64,000 nucleotides of DNA, taken from positions 256 to 64,255 of the forward strand of contig NIVC01004018.1 in NCBI GenBank assembly GCA_002269645.1. Reading direction: 5' to 3'. The position numbers were made by a program, and so were the translations under genes. The stretch comes from Macrostomum lignano. Its lineage: Eukaryota. The notes under the pieces are model-generated. The model did no database searches, was not told the origin of the DNA, and saw only the letters and a list, made by a program, of their open reading frames with translations. Positions 23,117 to 35,867 of this stretch are shown piece after piece (the stretch's first letter is position 1; every line of letters begins with the position of its first letter).

Positions 23117-24704
23117 ATGAGCCACGACCATGCCAAAATGATGATGGGCGGCGGTGCCGACTCCGACACCGCTATGCCAGGCATGTCCATGCCTAGCAAA
23201 AACGGCTCCTTTGGCGGCCACATGATGATGGTGAGACCCTAGGGCTGAACTTGCTGCATTCATTGGGCGTCCGGCTCCCAGATCCTCAATTGCTGGGCTA
23301 CTGCCACCATCCCAGATCCTCAATTGCTGGGCTACTGCCACCATCCCAGATCCTCAGTTGCTGGGCCACCCTCCAGATCCTCAATTGCTGGGCCAGCCTC
23401 CCAGATCCTCAGTTGCTGGGCCACCCTCCAGATCCTCAGTTGCTGGGCCAGCCTCCCAGATCCTCAGTTGCTGGGCCAGCCTCCCAGATCCTCAGTTGCT
23501 GGGCCAGCCTCCAAGAGTGTCAGTTGCTGGGCCAGCCTCTTAGATCCTCAGTTGCTGGGCCAGCTTTTCAGATCCTCAGTTGCTGGTCTACTACCATCCT
23601 GTAATCATATGTTTATAAGCGGATACTAGGCTAAGGCATCTACAATATATGGTGGTTAAATGAGTTGATGCATTCGTTCCAGATGTACTTTCACACGATG
23701 CTATCTGACTACGTGCTTTTCAAGCCGTTCCTAGTCACCAGTGCCGGTGGTACGTGGCTTGTTTTCATACGTAGCATTTATGTCTGCATTTGTGCTCTGT
23801 CTTGATCATACTACTGCTGAAAGTAGCGAGTACTGAATATTTAAAGTTAATTGCATTTTTTGCAAACTAACAGGCATGGTAGGCGCTTGCCTAGTGATAT
23901 TCGTTCTGGCCGCTCTCTACGAAGGCTTAAAAGTGCTGCGCGAGCACCTGCTAATTGCTAACGCCGTTGGTCGACGCGCCGGTCAGAACGGCGCCGGCGC
24001 CAGTTTTGTGCCGGACGGAACCCAACCAGAGACCTACGTGCCCAAGGGCCGGTGAGAGAAACGGAACTACTTAGAAACTAATTTGATTAACATACTGATC
24101 TCTTATTCGCCATTAGACAGTAATAGATCAGAATCCTTAATCATTTTAAGCGTCATCACATGCACATCAAGCGCAACTCCACCTACATTCCTACATTAGA
24201 CATATTTAGGTTCGCATTAGGCATCATTAGATCCATGATTAGGCATCATTAGATCCAAATTAGGCATCATTAGATTGAAAATTAGGCATCGTTAGATCAA
24301 CATTAGGCATCATTAGATCCACATTAGGCATCATTAGATCCACATTAGGCATCATTAGATCCACATTAGGCATCATTAGATCCACATTAGGCATCATAGA
24401 TCCAAATTAGACATAAACACTCGTAGATATACATGAGACAACATTAGCTTTTAAGAAGCCATCATTCAATCCGATTTATTGAACTGTGAAATTCCTCAGC
24501 GATCTCGCCATGCTGTCGGGGGCGCACGCCCTCCAGACAGGCCTGCACGCCCTGCAGATCAGCCTGTCCTACGCGCTGATGCTGGTGTTCATGACCTACT
24601 CTGTCTGGCTCTGTTTAGCTGTCATTCTCGGCTCCACACTCGGCTATTTCCTATTTGGCTGGCTCCGCCGCACTACCATAGACATATCCGAGCACTGCCA
24701 CTGA
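23117..24704 (+). CDS. CTR1: High-affinity copper uptake transporter (Ctr/SLC31 family), 187 aa; exons 23117-23230, 23683-23749, 23874-24051, 24500-24704
   Basis: Met/His-rich N-terminus (MSHDHAKMMM...HMMMMYFH), TM1 with LYEGLK..RE, TM2 MxxxM (MLVFM), TM3 GxxxG (GSTLG), C-terminal HCH; all introns GT-AG with consistent phases 0/1/2. Confidence 0.95.
23270..23600. repeat. 27-34 bp minisatellite in CTR1 intron 1
   Basis: cccagatcctcagttgctgggccagcct units; same family as 27468-29050. Confidence 0.9.
24210..24415. repeat. 21-bp minisatellite in CTR1 intron 3
   Basis: cacattaggcatcattagatc units. Confidence 0.9.
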
Positions 24705-24859
24705 GGCTTTTTTGTGACCGCTTGGATGTAGTGGGAATTGTGCGTCCTGAACTGAACTGTGTCCACTGAATGTAAGTTTTTGAGTCCACTTGTGTGTCTA
24801 CTAAATATTTTGTGTCCTCCCGTGTGTCCATTGAGCAAGTCTTTATTGTGTCCATTCAT

Positions 24860-26000
24860 GTGTCCATTAAATAATTATCAATGTGTCTACGTCTGTGTCC
24901 ATTGAATAATTGTCCATGTGTCCACATCTGTGTCCATTGAATAATTGTCCATGTGTCCACACCTGTGTCCATTGAATAATTGTCCATGTGTCCCACACCT
25001 GTGTCCATTGAATAATTGTCCATGTGTCCACACCTGTGTCCATTGAATAATTGTCCATGTGTCCCACACCTGTGTCCATTGAATAATTGTCCATGTGTCC
25101 ATTGAATAATTGTCCATGTGTCCACACCTGTGTCCATTGAATAATTGTCCATGTGTCCATTGAATAATTGTCCATGTGTCCACACCTGTGTCCATTGAAT
25201 AATTGTCCATGTGTCCACACCTGTGTCCATTGAATAATTGTCCACGTGTCCCGCACCTGTGTCCAGTGAATAATTGTCCATGTGTCCACACCTGTGTCCA
25301 TTGAATAATTGTCCATGTGTCCACACCTGTGTCCATTGAATAATTGTCCATGTGTCCACACCTGTGTCCATTGAATAATTGTCCATGCGTCCATTGAATA
25401 ATTGTCCATGTGTCCACACCTGTGTCCATTGGATAATTGTCCATGTGTCCATTGAATAATTGTCCATGTGTCGACACCTGTGTCCATTGAATAATTGTCC
25501 ATGTGTCCATTGAATAATTGTCCATGCGTCCATTGAATAATTGTCCATGTGTCCATTGAATAATTGTCCATGCGTCCATTGAATAATTGTCCATGTGTCC
25601 ACACCTGTGTCCATTGAATAATTTTCCATGTGTCCACACATGTGTCCATTGAATAATTGTCCATGTGTCCATTGAATAATTGTCCATGTGTCCACACCTG
25701 TGTCCATTGAATAATTGTCTATGTGTCCACACCTGTGTCCATTGAATAGTTGTCCATGTGTCCCACACCTGTGTCCATTGAGTAATTGTCCATGTGTCCA
25801 TTGAATAATTGTCCATGTGTCCACACCTGTGTCCATTGAATAATTGTCTATGTGTCCACACCTGTGTCCATTGAATAGTTGTCCATGTGTCCCACACCTG
25901 TGTCCATTGAGTAATTGTCCATGTGTCCACATCTGTGTCCATTGAATAATTGTCCATGTGTCCACATCTGTGTCCATTGAATAATTGTCCACGTGTCCAG
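24860..26000. repeat. Two-module minisatellite (23-bp core plus optional 12/13-bp module) just 3' of CTR1
   Basis: gtgtccattgaataattgtccat with or without gtgtcc(c)acacct. Confidence 0.95.
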
Positions 26001-26544
26001 TCCTGGGTCCATTGAGAATGTGTCTCGAGTTTTTCACTTCAGTATAAAACAATTTAAAAGTTTATTCTCTTGTGAAAGCATTCTATAAGGTGCGTCTATA
26101 AAAAAGAAGAAACCGTAATATTTTTTGCGAGACAGGCCTTTGGCAACGCATAACTTTCAAGTGCTGCAATAACATGCTATCAATGCTTTTTGTTGTTTTT
26201 TTTAAAAAAACGATTTTCTAGCGTCTGTGTTGATTCTTTTGTTAATCTTTTTTCTCTGTCCAATTATCGGAAAAACGCAGAAATTCAAATGGAAATTTTA
26301 ATTTTCTTAGTTCTAGGTTAGCTGTCGTAGTCTGTTTGTTCTGCGATTTTAGCTTTTTTGTTGAGGCACATTCCTGTTCTGCGTGTGCGTGTAGCGATGC
26401 CTGTTCCACTTATTATTGTTTAATGCAAACTGAAATTTGACTGCTTGACTCGTTAATTTTTGGTTTTTCATTGCGTCTGCGTTGTCTTCTGTAATCTGAT
26501 TGTTAATCAACTCAGATGTGTGGATTTCCATTGAAATCTTGTCT

Positions 26545-26705
26545 ACGCATTCTATCATCATTATATCCCTTCTATCATTATTATATCCCTTCTATCATCA
26601 TTATATCCCTTCTATCATTATTATATCCCTTCTATCATCATTATATCCCTTCTATCATCATTATATCCCTTCTATCATCATTATATCCCTTATATCATCA
26701 TTATA
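26545..26705. repeat. 20-bp minisatellite
   Basis: tatcatcattatatcccttc units. Confidence 0.9.
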
Positions 26706-27467
26706 TCCCCTCTATCTCTATTCCATCCCTCTGTCACATTCCATCTCCCCATCAGTAATCCATCTGTCATACTCATTACAATATATTCCCCTCCATAAGC
26801 ATCATCTCCCAAATTCTCAAGTACAAACAGTTTTAGGCGGTGCACTTTCTCTCTTTCAAAGGCAGGCAAGCTTTCAATAATTTATTTATTCACTGTACTG
26901 CGATGTATTAGTGATTTGTATGCGACAAAATTAATTTAAACACTGAAATCTATATATGCATCAATTATTTCATTTGTGTCGCCAGCCCTCGCAGTCGGGT
27001 TCCGTTTGGCGTTTTTGCTGACGGAAGTCAGTGCAAGAATTGCTGTATTTTTATTTAGGCTTCGTCGCGAGCTGTCATCTGCGTTTTCAGTTGCATTATT
27101 ATCATTTGATGTTGACTCCGTTAGCTTTCTGTATTCAATAATAGCACCTTCGTTTGTGTGCGTATTTTTCCTGCGTTGCACTACTTTCGGCGTCTGCAAT
27201 CAGTAGTATGCCGTCAATATTATAAATCGGCCGGATTTTATGAACTAGGTTTTGAAAAAAAGCTTTAGATTAAAGCGGCAAAGTCCTGTCCAAGACAGAC
27301 TTTTCTTTTTGAAAACGTTGCTTCGTTTGCGAATTACACTCGATTTGGTCGTCGTAACGAACACGCGGCTTGTCCGAGCCTCTGTCTGTTTATTTGTTGA
27401 ATACTTTTCTTTCAAGTTGCTGTTGCCGCTTCTGGCGCCTTTTTGACTCGGGCATTTATTTCAAAAC

Positions 27468-29050
27468 AGTTGTTGGGCCGTCGCCACCCTCCCAGATCCT
27501 CAGTTGTTGGGCCGTCGCCACCCTCCCAGATCCTCAGTTGTTGGGCCGTCGCCACCCTCCCAGATCCTCAGTTGTTGGGCCGTCGCCACCCTCCCAGATC
27601 CTCAGTTGCTGGGCCGTCGCCACCCTCCCAGATCCTCAGTTGCTGGGCCGTCGCCACCCTCCCAGATCCTCAGTTGCTGGGCCGTCGCCACCCTCCCTGA
27701 TCCTCAGTTGCTGGACCACCGCCAGCCTCCCAGATCCTCAGTTGCTGGACCACCCTCCGAGATCCTCAGTTGCTGGGCCGTCGCCACCCTCCCAGATCCT
27801 CAGTTGCTGGGCCACCGCCACCCTCCCAGATCCTCAGTTGCTGGGCCACCGCCACCCTCCGAGATCCTCAGTTGCTGGGCCGTCGCCACCCTCCCTGATC
27901 CTCAGTTGCTGTACCACCGCCAGCCTCCCAGATCCTCAGTTGCTGGGCCGTCGCCACCCTCCGAGATCCTCAGTTGCTGGGCCGTCGCCACCCTCCCTGA
28001 TCCTCAGTTGCTGTACCACCGCCAGCCTCCCAGATCCTCAGTTGCTGGGCCGTCGCCACCCTCCCAGATCCTCAGTTGCTGTACCACCGCCAGCCTCCCA
28101 GATCCTCAGTTGCTGGGCCGTCGCCACCCTCCCAGATCCTCAGTTGCTGGGCCGTCGCCACCCTCCCAGATCCTCAGTTGCTGGGCCGTCGCCACCCTCC
28201 AGATCCTCAGTTGCTGGACCACCCTCCGAGATCCTCAGTTGCTGGACCACCCTCCGAGATCCTCAGTTGCTGGACCACCCTCCGAGATCCTCATTTGCAG
28301 GACCACCCTTCGAGATCCTCAGTTGCTGGACCGTCGCCACCCTCTGAGATCCTCAGTGTCTGGGCCAGCCTCCCAGATCCTCGCAGTGTCTGGGCCAGCC
28401 TCCCAGATCCTCAGTTGGTGGGCCAGACCAGCTTCCCAGATCCTCAATTGCTATGCCAGCCTCAGATCCTCAGTGTCTGGGCCAGCCTCCCAGATCCCCA
28501 GTGTCTGGGCCAGCCTCCCAGATCCTCAGTGTCTGGGCCAGCCTCCCAGATCCTCAGTGTCTGGGCCAGCCTCCCAGATCCTCAGTGTCTGGGCCAGCCT
28601 CCCAGATCCTCAGTTGGTGGGCCAGACCAGCTTCCCAGATCCTCAATTGCTATGCCAGCCTCAGATCCTCAGTGTCTGGGCCAGCCTCCCAGATCCTCAG
28701 TGTCTGGGCCAGCCTCCCAGATCCTCAGTGTCTGGGCCAGCCTCCCAGATCCTCAGTTGGTGGGCCAGACCAGCTTCCCAGATCCTCAATTGCTATGCCA
28801 GCCTCAGATCCTCAGTGTCTGGGCCAGCCTCCCAGATCCTCAGTGTCTGGGCCAGCCTCCCAGATCCTCAGTGTCTGGGCCAGCCTCCCAGATCCTCAGT
28901 TGGTGGGCCAGACCAGCTTCCCAGATCTTCAATTGCTGGGCTACCCTCCCAGATTCTCAGTTTCTAGGCACCGCAACCCTCCCGCATCCTCAGTTCCTGG
29001 GCCACTGCAACCCTCCCAGATCCTCAGTCGCTGGGTCACCGCCACCTATC
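27468..29050. repeat. Composite minisatellite: 34-bp domain followed by a 28-bp domain with a 143-bp higher-order repeat
   Basis: Core cagatcctcagt(t)g(c)tggg; the marker ttggtg recurs at 28415, 28614, 28757 and 28900. Confidence 0.95.
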
Positions 29051-30477
29051 CAGTTCCTCCGACTGGTTGAAACTCTCCAGAGATGGCTCGAGTTATAAAA
29101 CTTTAGAAACCTTTGAAACTTGAAGTTGCACATTGTATTTATTCAAAATTCGAAATGGAGCTCATAAAAACTTCATTTTATGTGCATACTTATCTTTACT
29201 TGCTTTGGTCTCCGGTTTCTGCAGAAAAGCAAAACTAAAAGCAAGTACAATGCCGTGCTAATTAAAAGGTACTTTCTCCATTTTGTTAAGTTTTATAGCT
29301 ATGCAAGGAAATCATAGCTTGATGGAAGAAGCGTGAAGCACTCGCCATCTGCCTTCAATCTTTTCCAGTAAATGCAAATGAAAGCGCCTCATTTTTGTCT
29401 AAGCTGTATATTTACTCTTGGCTGATTGATTTTCTTCTTTCAGAGGCGTGTGTAACTCTCAAATTATTTGCTTCTGTCGCTGCTGCTTCAGCGAACCAAG
29501 CTAGATCACCTGTTTGTCTAAATGATTTGTTAAGGCAGCCTTCTGTTCTACATTTGTTAGTGATTTGTATTCGAACGCAGTGTATCTCCAGGCGCAGATG
29601 ACCGAAAAATTGTCCAATTAGATGATGATGCACACAGTATAGTGCTTCATCCCCACCTGAACATTTCAATGGGGTTTTGCATTACAAGTGCAATCTATGA
29701 GCGTCATCACTGTAAGTCCTTGCCTGCCTGGGCCTCTTGAAAATCCTAAGCCAAATACTGATCGAGTGATTCTCATTAACAGTAGAAAGACCATGGGGTG
29801 TATTTCAAATCCACACATTTTTACTTTGTCTGTATCTCCAAGAATATTCAACCAATTGCCATGAAAATCCAGAACACGGGCTAAAAATTTCCGCTCTATT
29901 TGATGAAGCAACTTCGAGAATCACGAAAAATTGGCATCGTCGAGATATTCAACGATTTTCCTCGGGGTGCTGGTGGCAAAAACCACCAACATTGGCAAAA
30001 TTTTTCTGCTCACAAAATCTCATCATGAAACCACGTCGGCTCAACAAACTGCATATCGGTCGTGAGGCCTTTTTCTCAGCGTCCCACACCCCAGGGTCCT
30101 CTTCATCACCGTCTGGAGCAACGGCGGCGACCGTCGGGACCTTCAACAAAAGCACCGATCGGCATCTCAGAGACGGCTGCGTTCCCAAAACTGAAATGGA
30201 AGAATCCTCTTCTGCATGCAGAATTCAGTCAGTAGACACAATCGGTGAATGAAATAGACGATGGCGACCCTCTAGGCTGACCTGTAGACATACAGGCGAC
30301 CTTCGGGACCTTCAACGGAGTGCCACCTTGCGGCCCTGATGAGCTGGCACCCCCAACATCGTGATTTTTCTATCAAGGCACCAAACCAGGCATGTCTGCA
30401 TATTATAAAATGCATTTGCACCATGTTAAATTGGAGAGTTACAGATTTAACTGGCGACTAAAAAATAAAATATTTAA

Positions 30478-30700
30478 TTTGTCAAAAATGATATTACATT
30501 ATTTCAAAAATGATATTACAGCATGTCAAAAATGATATTACAAGCATGTCAAAAATGATATTACAGCATGTCAAAAATGATAATACAGCATGTCAAAAAT
30601 GATATTACAGCATGTCAAAAATGATATTACAGCATGTCAAAAATGATATTACAGCATGTCAAAAATGATATTACAAGCATGTCAAAAATGATAATACAGC
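30478..30700. repeat. 22-bp minisatellite
   Basis: tgtcaaaaatgatattacagca units. Confidence 0.9.
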
Positions 30701-31800
30701 AAATTCAGAGCAGAAGGATCTGAACAGGCAGTAGGACACACACGTGAGCTCCTCAGAAAACCGGAATTCGCTCGTGTGTGGAGCCATGGTTTGAGTTGAA
30801 TTCTTGAGATCGGATGGCAGGCCACCACGAGTGCGCATCACTGTTCCAAGAAACGTGAATCCCATTTCTCGGTACAAGTGATTGGCCAGCGCAGGACTCG
30901 AGAAGAATCTGTCACATGTGATGCTGTGCCAGTGTCCTCTGAATGGATCAGCCAAGTGGCAAACAACTTGCTCACCACTCCACACCTCTGAGCCATTGGC
31001 CAGCCGAGAATCGGATTCCTGTGATGCAAAAGTAGTGGACAGCAGTGCCCTTTGCCAGTGCAGATTTACCATTGCGACCGTTGGGGCCAAGCCCGGATCC
31101 CGCGACAATTTCCGAGAACTGCACCGCGGTGTTGCTTCCTCGGGAAGGCGGGCGCCATCTGACGCCCGGTGCCATGGGCCCTGGCCCGAGCGCACCCGAA
31201 TGGAAGAAGAAGAAGACCGGGCTTCTCTCGGTCTCGGTCTTAAGAAGACCGGGCTTCTCCTTCAGAAAGACCGTGAAGTCACAGTTCACACCCCAGTAGA
31301 CAACCAGAGTTTTTTCGACGCAGAGGTAGGCCCGAAAAGGACAGGATGGCGCAGCTGACTGACAAAGGTGTCCCACAGGCGTCGGATGCCGTAGAGCTTG
31401 TCCGTTGCGGCAGTCCGCTGACGATGTTTGGCAGTTTCGAATTTAACATGGTGCAAATGCATTGTATAATACGCAGACATGCCTGGTTTGGTGCCTTGAT
31501 AAAAAAATCACGATGTTGGGGGTGCCAGCTCGTCAGGGCCGCAAGGTGGCACTCCGTTGAAGGTCCCGAAGGTCGCCTGTATGTCTACAGATCAGCCTAG
31601 AGGGTCGCCATCGTCCATTTCATTGACCGATTGTGTCTACTGACTGAATGCTGCATGCAGAAGAGGAAGAATTCCATTTCAGTTTTGGGAACGCAGCCGC
31701 CTCTGAGATGCCGATCGGTGCTTTTGTTGAAGGTCCCGACGGTCGCCGCAGTTGCTCCAGACGGTGATGAGGAGGACCCTGGGGCCTGGAGTGCTGAGAA
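30700..31800 (-). pseudogene. Degenerate piggyBac (PGBD-like) transposase
   Basis: DKLYGIRRLWDTFV, EKTLVVYWGVNCDFTVFLKEKPG (DE.L..F.GRC.F.QY.P.KPG-like), ITCDRFFSSPALANHL, FLGTVMRTRGGLP, CVSY; frameshifts; no TTAA-flanked TIRs found. Confidence 0.8.
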
Positions 31801-31914
31801 CAAAAGCCTCTACGACAGATGGACCCAGATTATTGAGCCAATATGGATTTACCATAAAGGTTTATACAGTGTAGTGTTTGTTGTCCTTGCCACCAGTGTC
31901 TTCGACAATCTCCT

Positions 31915-32246
31915 CAGTGCTAGCCGTCCCCAATGCACAGAGATGGGCCTCCAATCTCCTCAGTGCTAGCCGTCCCCAATGCACAGAGATGGGCCTCCAA
32001 TCTCCTCAGTGCTAGCCGTCCCCAATGCACAGAGATGGGCCTCCAATCTCCTCAGTGCTAGCCGTCCCCAATGCACAGAGATGGGCCTCCAATCTCCTCA
32101 GTGCTAGCCGTCCCCAATGCACAGAGATGGGCCTCCAATCTCCTCAGTGCTAGCCGCTCCCAATGCACAGAGATGGGCCTCCAATCTCCTCAGTGCTAGC
32201 CGTCCCCAATGCACAGAGATGGGCCTCCAATCTCCTCAGTGCTAGC
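31915..32246. repeat. 46-bp minisatellite, about 7 near-identical copies
   Basis: gctagccgtccccaatgcacagagatgggcctccaatctcctcagt. Confidence 0.95.
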
Positions 32247-32629
32247 AGCAATATCCGTGGTGTCCATAGCTACAGAACTGACAGAACGCATGGCTTGCTA
32301 TATCCACTGTACATGTACAGCTAATTACGCTTGTCTGCCCACCTATTCGCTTGTTTAAAGGAATTCCCGTAGTAATCAGGTAGCTGCTATGTAACAGGCA
32401 ATTCTTCTAGCCGCTGGCCATTGTGGAATGTTAATTAGACCAGCTCCTGCAGCACGCCTAATGCTTGCTTGGATGCACAAGGGATCTGAGCAGCCCCACG
32501 CTAAACGCATCTGCAGACTCTCGCGCCATGACCCCTGGATCCTGCGTCACCTGCTCTGAGATCTGAGAAAAGTTGAACACTGGTTACGAGGTGGAATCTT
32601 AAATATGTTTAAGAGATTATAGTGTCTCT

Positions 32630-33045
32630 GATATTCTGCTGAGATTTCAAGGCTTACAGATGGAATTGCTGAGATGTCAAGGCTTACAGAGGGAATTGCT
32701 GAGATGTCAAGGCTTACAGATGGAATTGCTGAGATGTCAAGGCTTGCTGAGGGAATTTCTGAGATGTCAAGGCTTGCTGAGGGAATTGCTGAGATGTCAA
32801 GGCTTGCTGAGGGAATTGCTGAGATGTCAAGGCTTACAGATGGAATTGCTGAGATGTCAAGGCTTGCTGAGGGAATTGCTGAGATGTCAAGGCTTGCTGA
32901 GGGAATTGCTGAGATGTCAAGGCTTGCTGAGGGAATTGCTGAGATGTCAAGGCTTACAGATGGAATTGCTGAGATGTCAAGGCTTGCTGAGGGAATTGCT
33001 GAGATGTCAAGGCTTACTGAGAATTGCTGAGATGTCAAGGCTATC
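32630..33045. repeat. 30-bp minisatellite
   Basis: gagatgtcaaggcttgctgagggaattgct units. Confidence 0.95.
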
Positions 33046-34329
33046 GTCAGAAACTAAATGTAGTGCATTAAGAAAATTATTGCATTCTTTGTTGGCTGCC
33101 CAACGGGGTGCTGACTGCTATAGTACATGTACTTTACTACAAATCGCAATTGCAGCAACTGAGTTTTGGCTGCCACGCACATCTGGCCTGCTTCAGACGT
33201 GGTCACTGCAGGAGCACTTTTTGCCTGCACCCTTCCCGGCGGTAAAAATCACGACGAAATGACGTCGAAAAGCGACGTCGAAATTTCATGTCGATTTGAA
33301 CCACGATTTCGACGTCGAAATTTTCGCCATCAGATGTCGAGTATGCGACGTCGCGTTTTCCACTATTGATGGCGAAAAATCGACGTCGTTTATACTCGTA
33401 GATCACAGAAAGCAAATGGCGATTTTCGACAAATTTTCGATTTTTTAAATCTATATACTAGTACTTAATATTATTAATATGCTAGTAGTGCATTGTTTCA
33501 TACAATTAGCCATAACCTACATGTAGGTAACTTACAGCTGACGAAACATACATTTTAATTCATACGCTGAAACACTCTAAGTAGGAAAGAAGTGTTAAGG
33601 CATAAAAATGTTAAATAAGGCTGGCGTTTCATTTGCTATTCGAGCAAATTGCAATTATTCTGCAACCATGAAAAAAGTATCCTACCGTGTATTCAATTCC
33701 AATTCACCAACAATTGGAAACGATCATGTAAATCGGCATCAAGCAATTGCGAACAGAAAGCAATGATGAGAAAAAACAATAAAAAAAAACATTGAGCAAT
33801 GATACACGCAATGGGCAATGGCGACAGAGTATACATTCAATACAGTAGTAGACTTTATGGCAACATCTAAATATACTAAATCCTATGTACAAAATCTCTA
33901 GTCCATATACTAAAAATGCTTTGTCTTTGATATACTCAACTACATGCATCCAATAGCATCATAGAAAACAATGGTAGGGTTTATAAGCATGCTACGTGCG
34001 CTCATGTTTTCCATAAGTAGCTATTACAATACGTTAAACACAGCATACTAAATATATTTATTGTCTTTTTTGTTTTAATAATTTTTTGTTTGGCTTAGAG
34101 CTCAACAATCATTTGGTCATTGCTTCTGTTTTTACTGTGGCTATGAGCATATGCTAAAGATACTAAACTATAATATATTTACTTTCTGAAATTTTGCCCT
34201 TAATAAAAAACTAGCAAAAGCATGAAATAATGGACTAAATATAATATTGAGTCTATCTAGAACTACGCTCAAAAATGTAGAATGTGAAATAATAATGAGA
34301 GTTGAGACGCAACAATAGCAGCAAAGCAA

Positions 34330-34850
34330 ATAAAGGAGGAAAATGAACAATTACATTGTTGTTTCTCTTGAATGGAAAGTTAAGGAACAGCAATGGCAGC
34401 AAAACAATGGAAAAATGAGGAACAAAAATGGCAGCAAAACAATGGAAAAATGAGGAACAAAAATAACAGCAAAACAATGGAAAAATGAGGAACAAAAATG
34501 GCAGCAAAACAATGGAAAAATGAGGAACAAAAATGGCAGCAAAACAATGGAAAAATGAGGAACAAAAATGGCAGCAAAACAATGGAAAAATGAGGAACAG
34601 CAATGACAGCAAAACAAACAATGGAAAAATGAAGAACAGCAATGACAGCAAAACAATGGAAAATGAGGAACAACAATGGCAGCAAAACAATGGAAAAATG
34701 AGGAACAGCAATGACAGCAAAACAATGGAAAAATGAGGAACAGCAATGGCAGCAAATCAAACAATAGAAAAATGAGGAACAGCAATGGAAGCAAATCAAA
34801 CAATAGAAAAATGAGGAACAGCAATGACAGCAAAACAAACAATAAAAATG
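34330..34850. repeat. About 35-bp minisatellite inside the EnSpm element
   Basis: ggcagcaaaacaatggaaaaatgaggaacaaaaat units. Confidence 0.92.
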
Positions 34851-34854
34851 AGGA

Positions 34855-35762
34855 TCAAACCACCAGACACCCCCTCGTCATTTCGACCAATTGCCCTGAC
34901 CAGCAGTATATGCGAAATATGGGAAAACTATGTGTACGCCTATCTGGAACGCGAACACAAGCTAACACCCGAACACCCGAACCTTGAGTAAAGAACGTGT
35001 GCTCGAGGAGGGCCTCCCCCAGGGCAGCGTCATCGCCCCGACCCTGTGGACTGTCTACGTGAACGACCTCCCAGCGACCATTCAAGTGGCCAGCCCGCAG
35101 TGCAACGTCAACCTCTACGCCGACGACAGCTCGCTGGTCGCCACCTGCCACAAGCTCGCCATCTGCGCTGGCGTCCTCCAGCCAGCCCTCAACGCAGCCG
35201 CCGACTGGTGTCACAGGTGGAAAGTCGTCCTTGGTCGTCCAAGGTCGTCCTAGTCGTCCCTTTACTCTCTCCCAGACAGAGAACAACGACAAATCTCGGC
35301 TACAGCTCACTGTCGACGGTAAAGAGCTAAAGTACGACCCACACCCGCGCCTGCGAGGCGTCACTCTGGACGACCAGCTCACATTCAACAAGCACGGCGC
35401 TGAGATCAAGACCCGCATGGCCCGCCGCAGAGGTGCCCTCCTGGCCATCGCTCATCGCGACAGCGGTGCGGACCAGACGAGCCTACCTGGCGACTATTAG
35501 AGCCTGCGCTGATTACGGGTGCGGAGTCTGGCTTCCCCAGTACCTTTCGCACCATCGAGCAACAGCAGACGGTGTGCGCACGCCTAATAACAGGTTGCAG
35601 CACCAACCCTAACGAAACCACCCTCAACCTCGAGCAACTCCCGCCGCTAAGCACCGTGGCCAATGAGAGAGCTGCCATGCTTCGGGAACGTCAAGGCGTG
35701 ACGGGAAGAAGAAGAAGAAGAAGAAGAAGAAGAAGAAGAAGAAGAAGAAGAAGAAGAAGAAG
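34855..35762 (+). mobile_element. 5'-truncated, internally deleted LINE (I/Ingi-like RT) with a (GAA)n tail, nested in the EnSpm element
   Basis: SSFRPIALTSS; LPQGSVIAPTLWTVYVNDLP; LYADDSSL; RLRGVTLDDQLTF; GADQTSL; CARLITGC; tail at about 35705-35762; degenerate 35-bp units resume after it. Confidence 0.85.
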
Positions 35763-35867
35763 AAAGCAAGCGATGGAAAAATGAAGAACAACATTGGCAA
35801 CAAATTAAAAAAACTCAATAAATTCGAATCCTGAATGGGAAGCACGGAAAATCAGCGGTGACAACAG

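Larger units (their letters stand above)
30065..31809. repeat. About 370-bp inverted duplication (arms 30065-30432 and 31440-31809)
   Basis: The arms read as reverse complements with scattered mismatches. Confidence 0.9.

Noticed and set aside
24856-26052. Long ORFs over tandem arrays (also 27370-29098, 32547-33262, 43711-44933, 51270-52336, 55407-55958, 56190-57618)
   Set aside because: They are translations of stop-free minisatellite units in several frames, with no unique flanking coding sequence or splice support
26349-27446. Short minus-strand ORFs 3' of CTR1
   Set aside because: No recognisable motifs or convincing exon chain
27468-29050. CRISPR-like repeat-spacer appearance
   Set aside because: The apparent spacers are variants of one another, the context is eukaryotic and there are no cas genes
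29400-30060. Additional piggyBac N- or C-terminal fragments
   Set aside because: Only vague resemblance (Cys-rich CRTEGC segment); too degenerate to call without an HMM search
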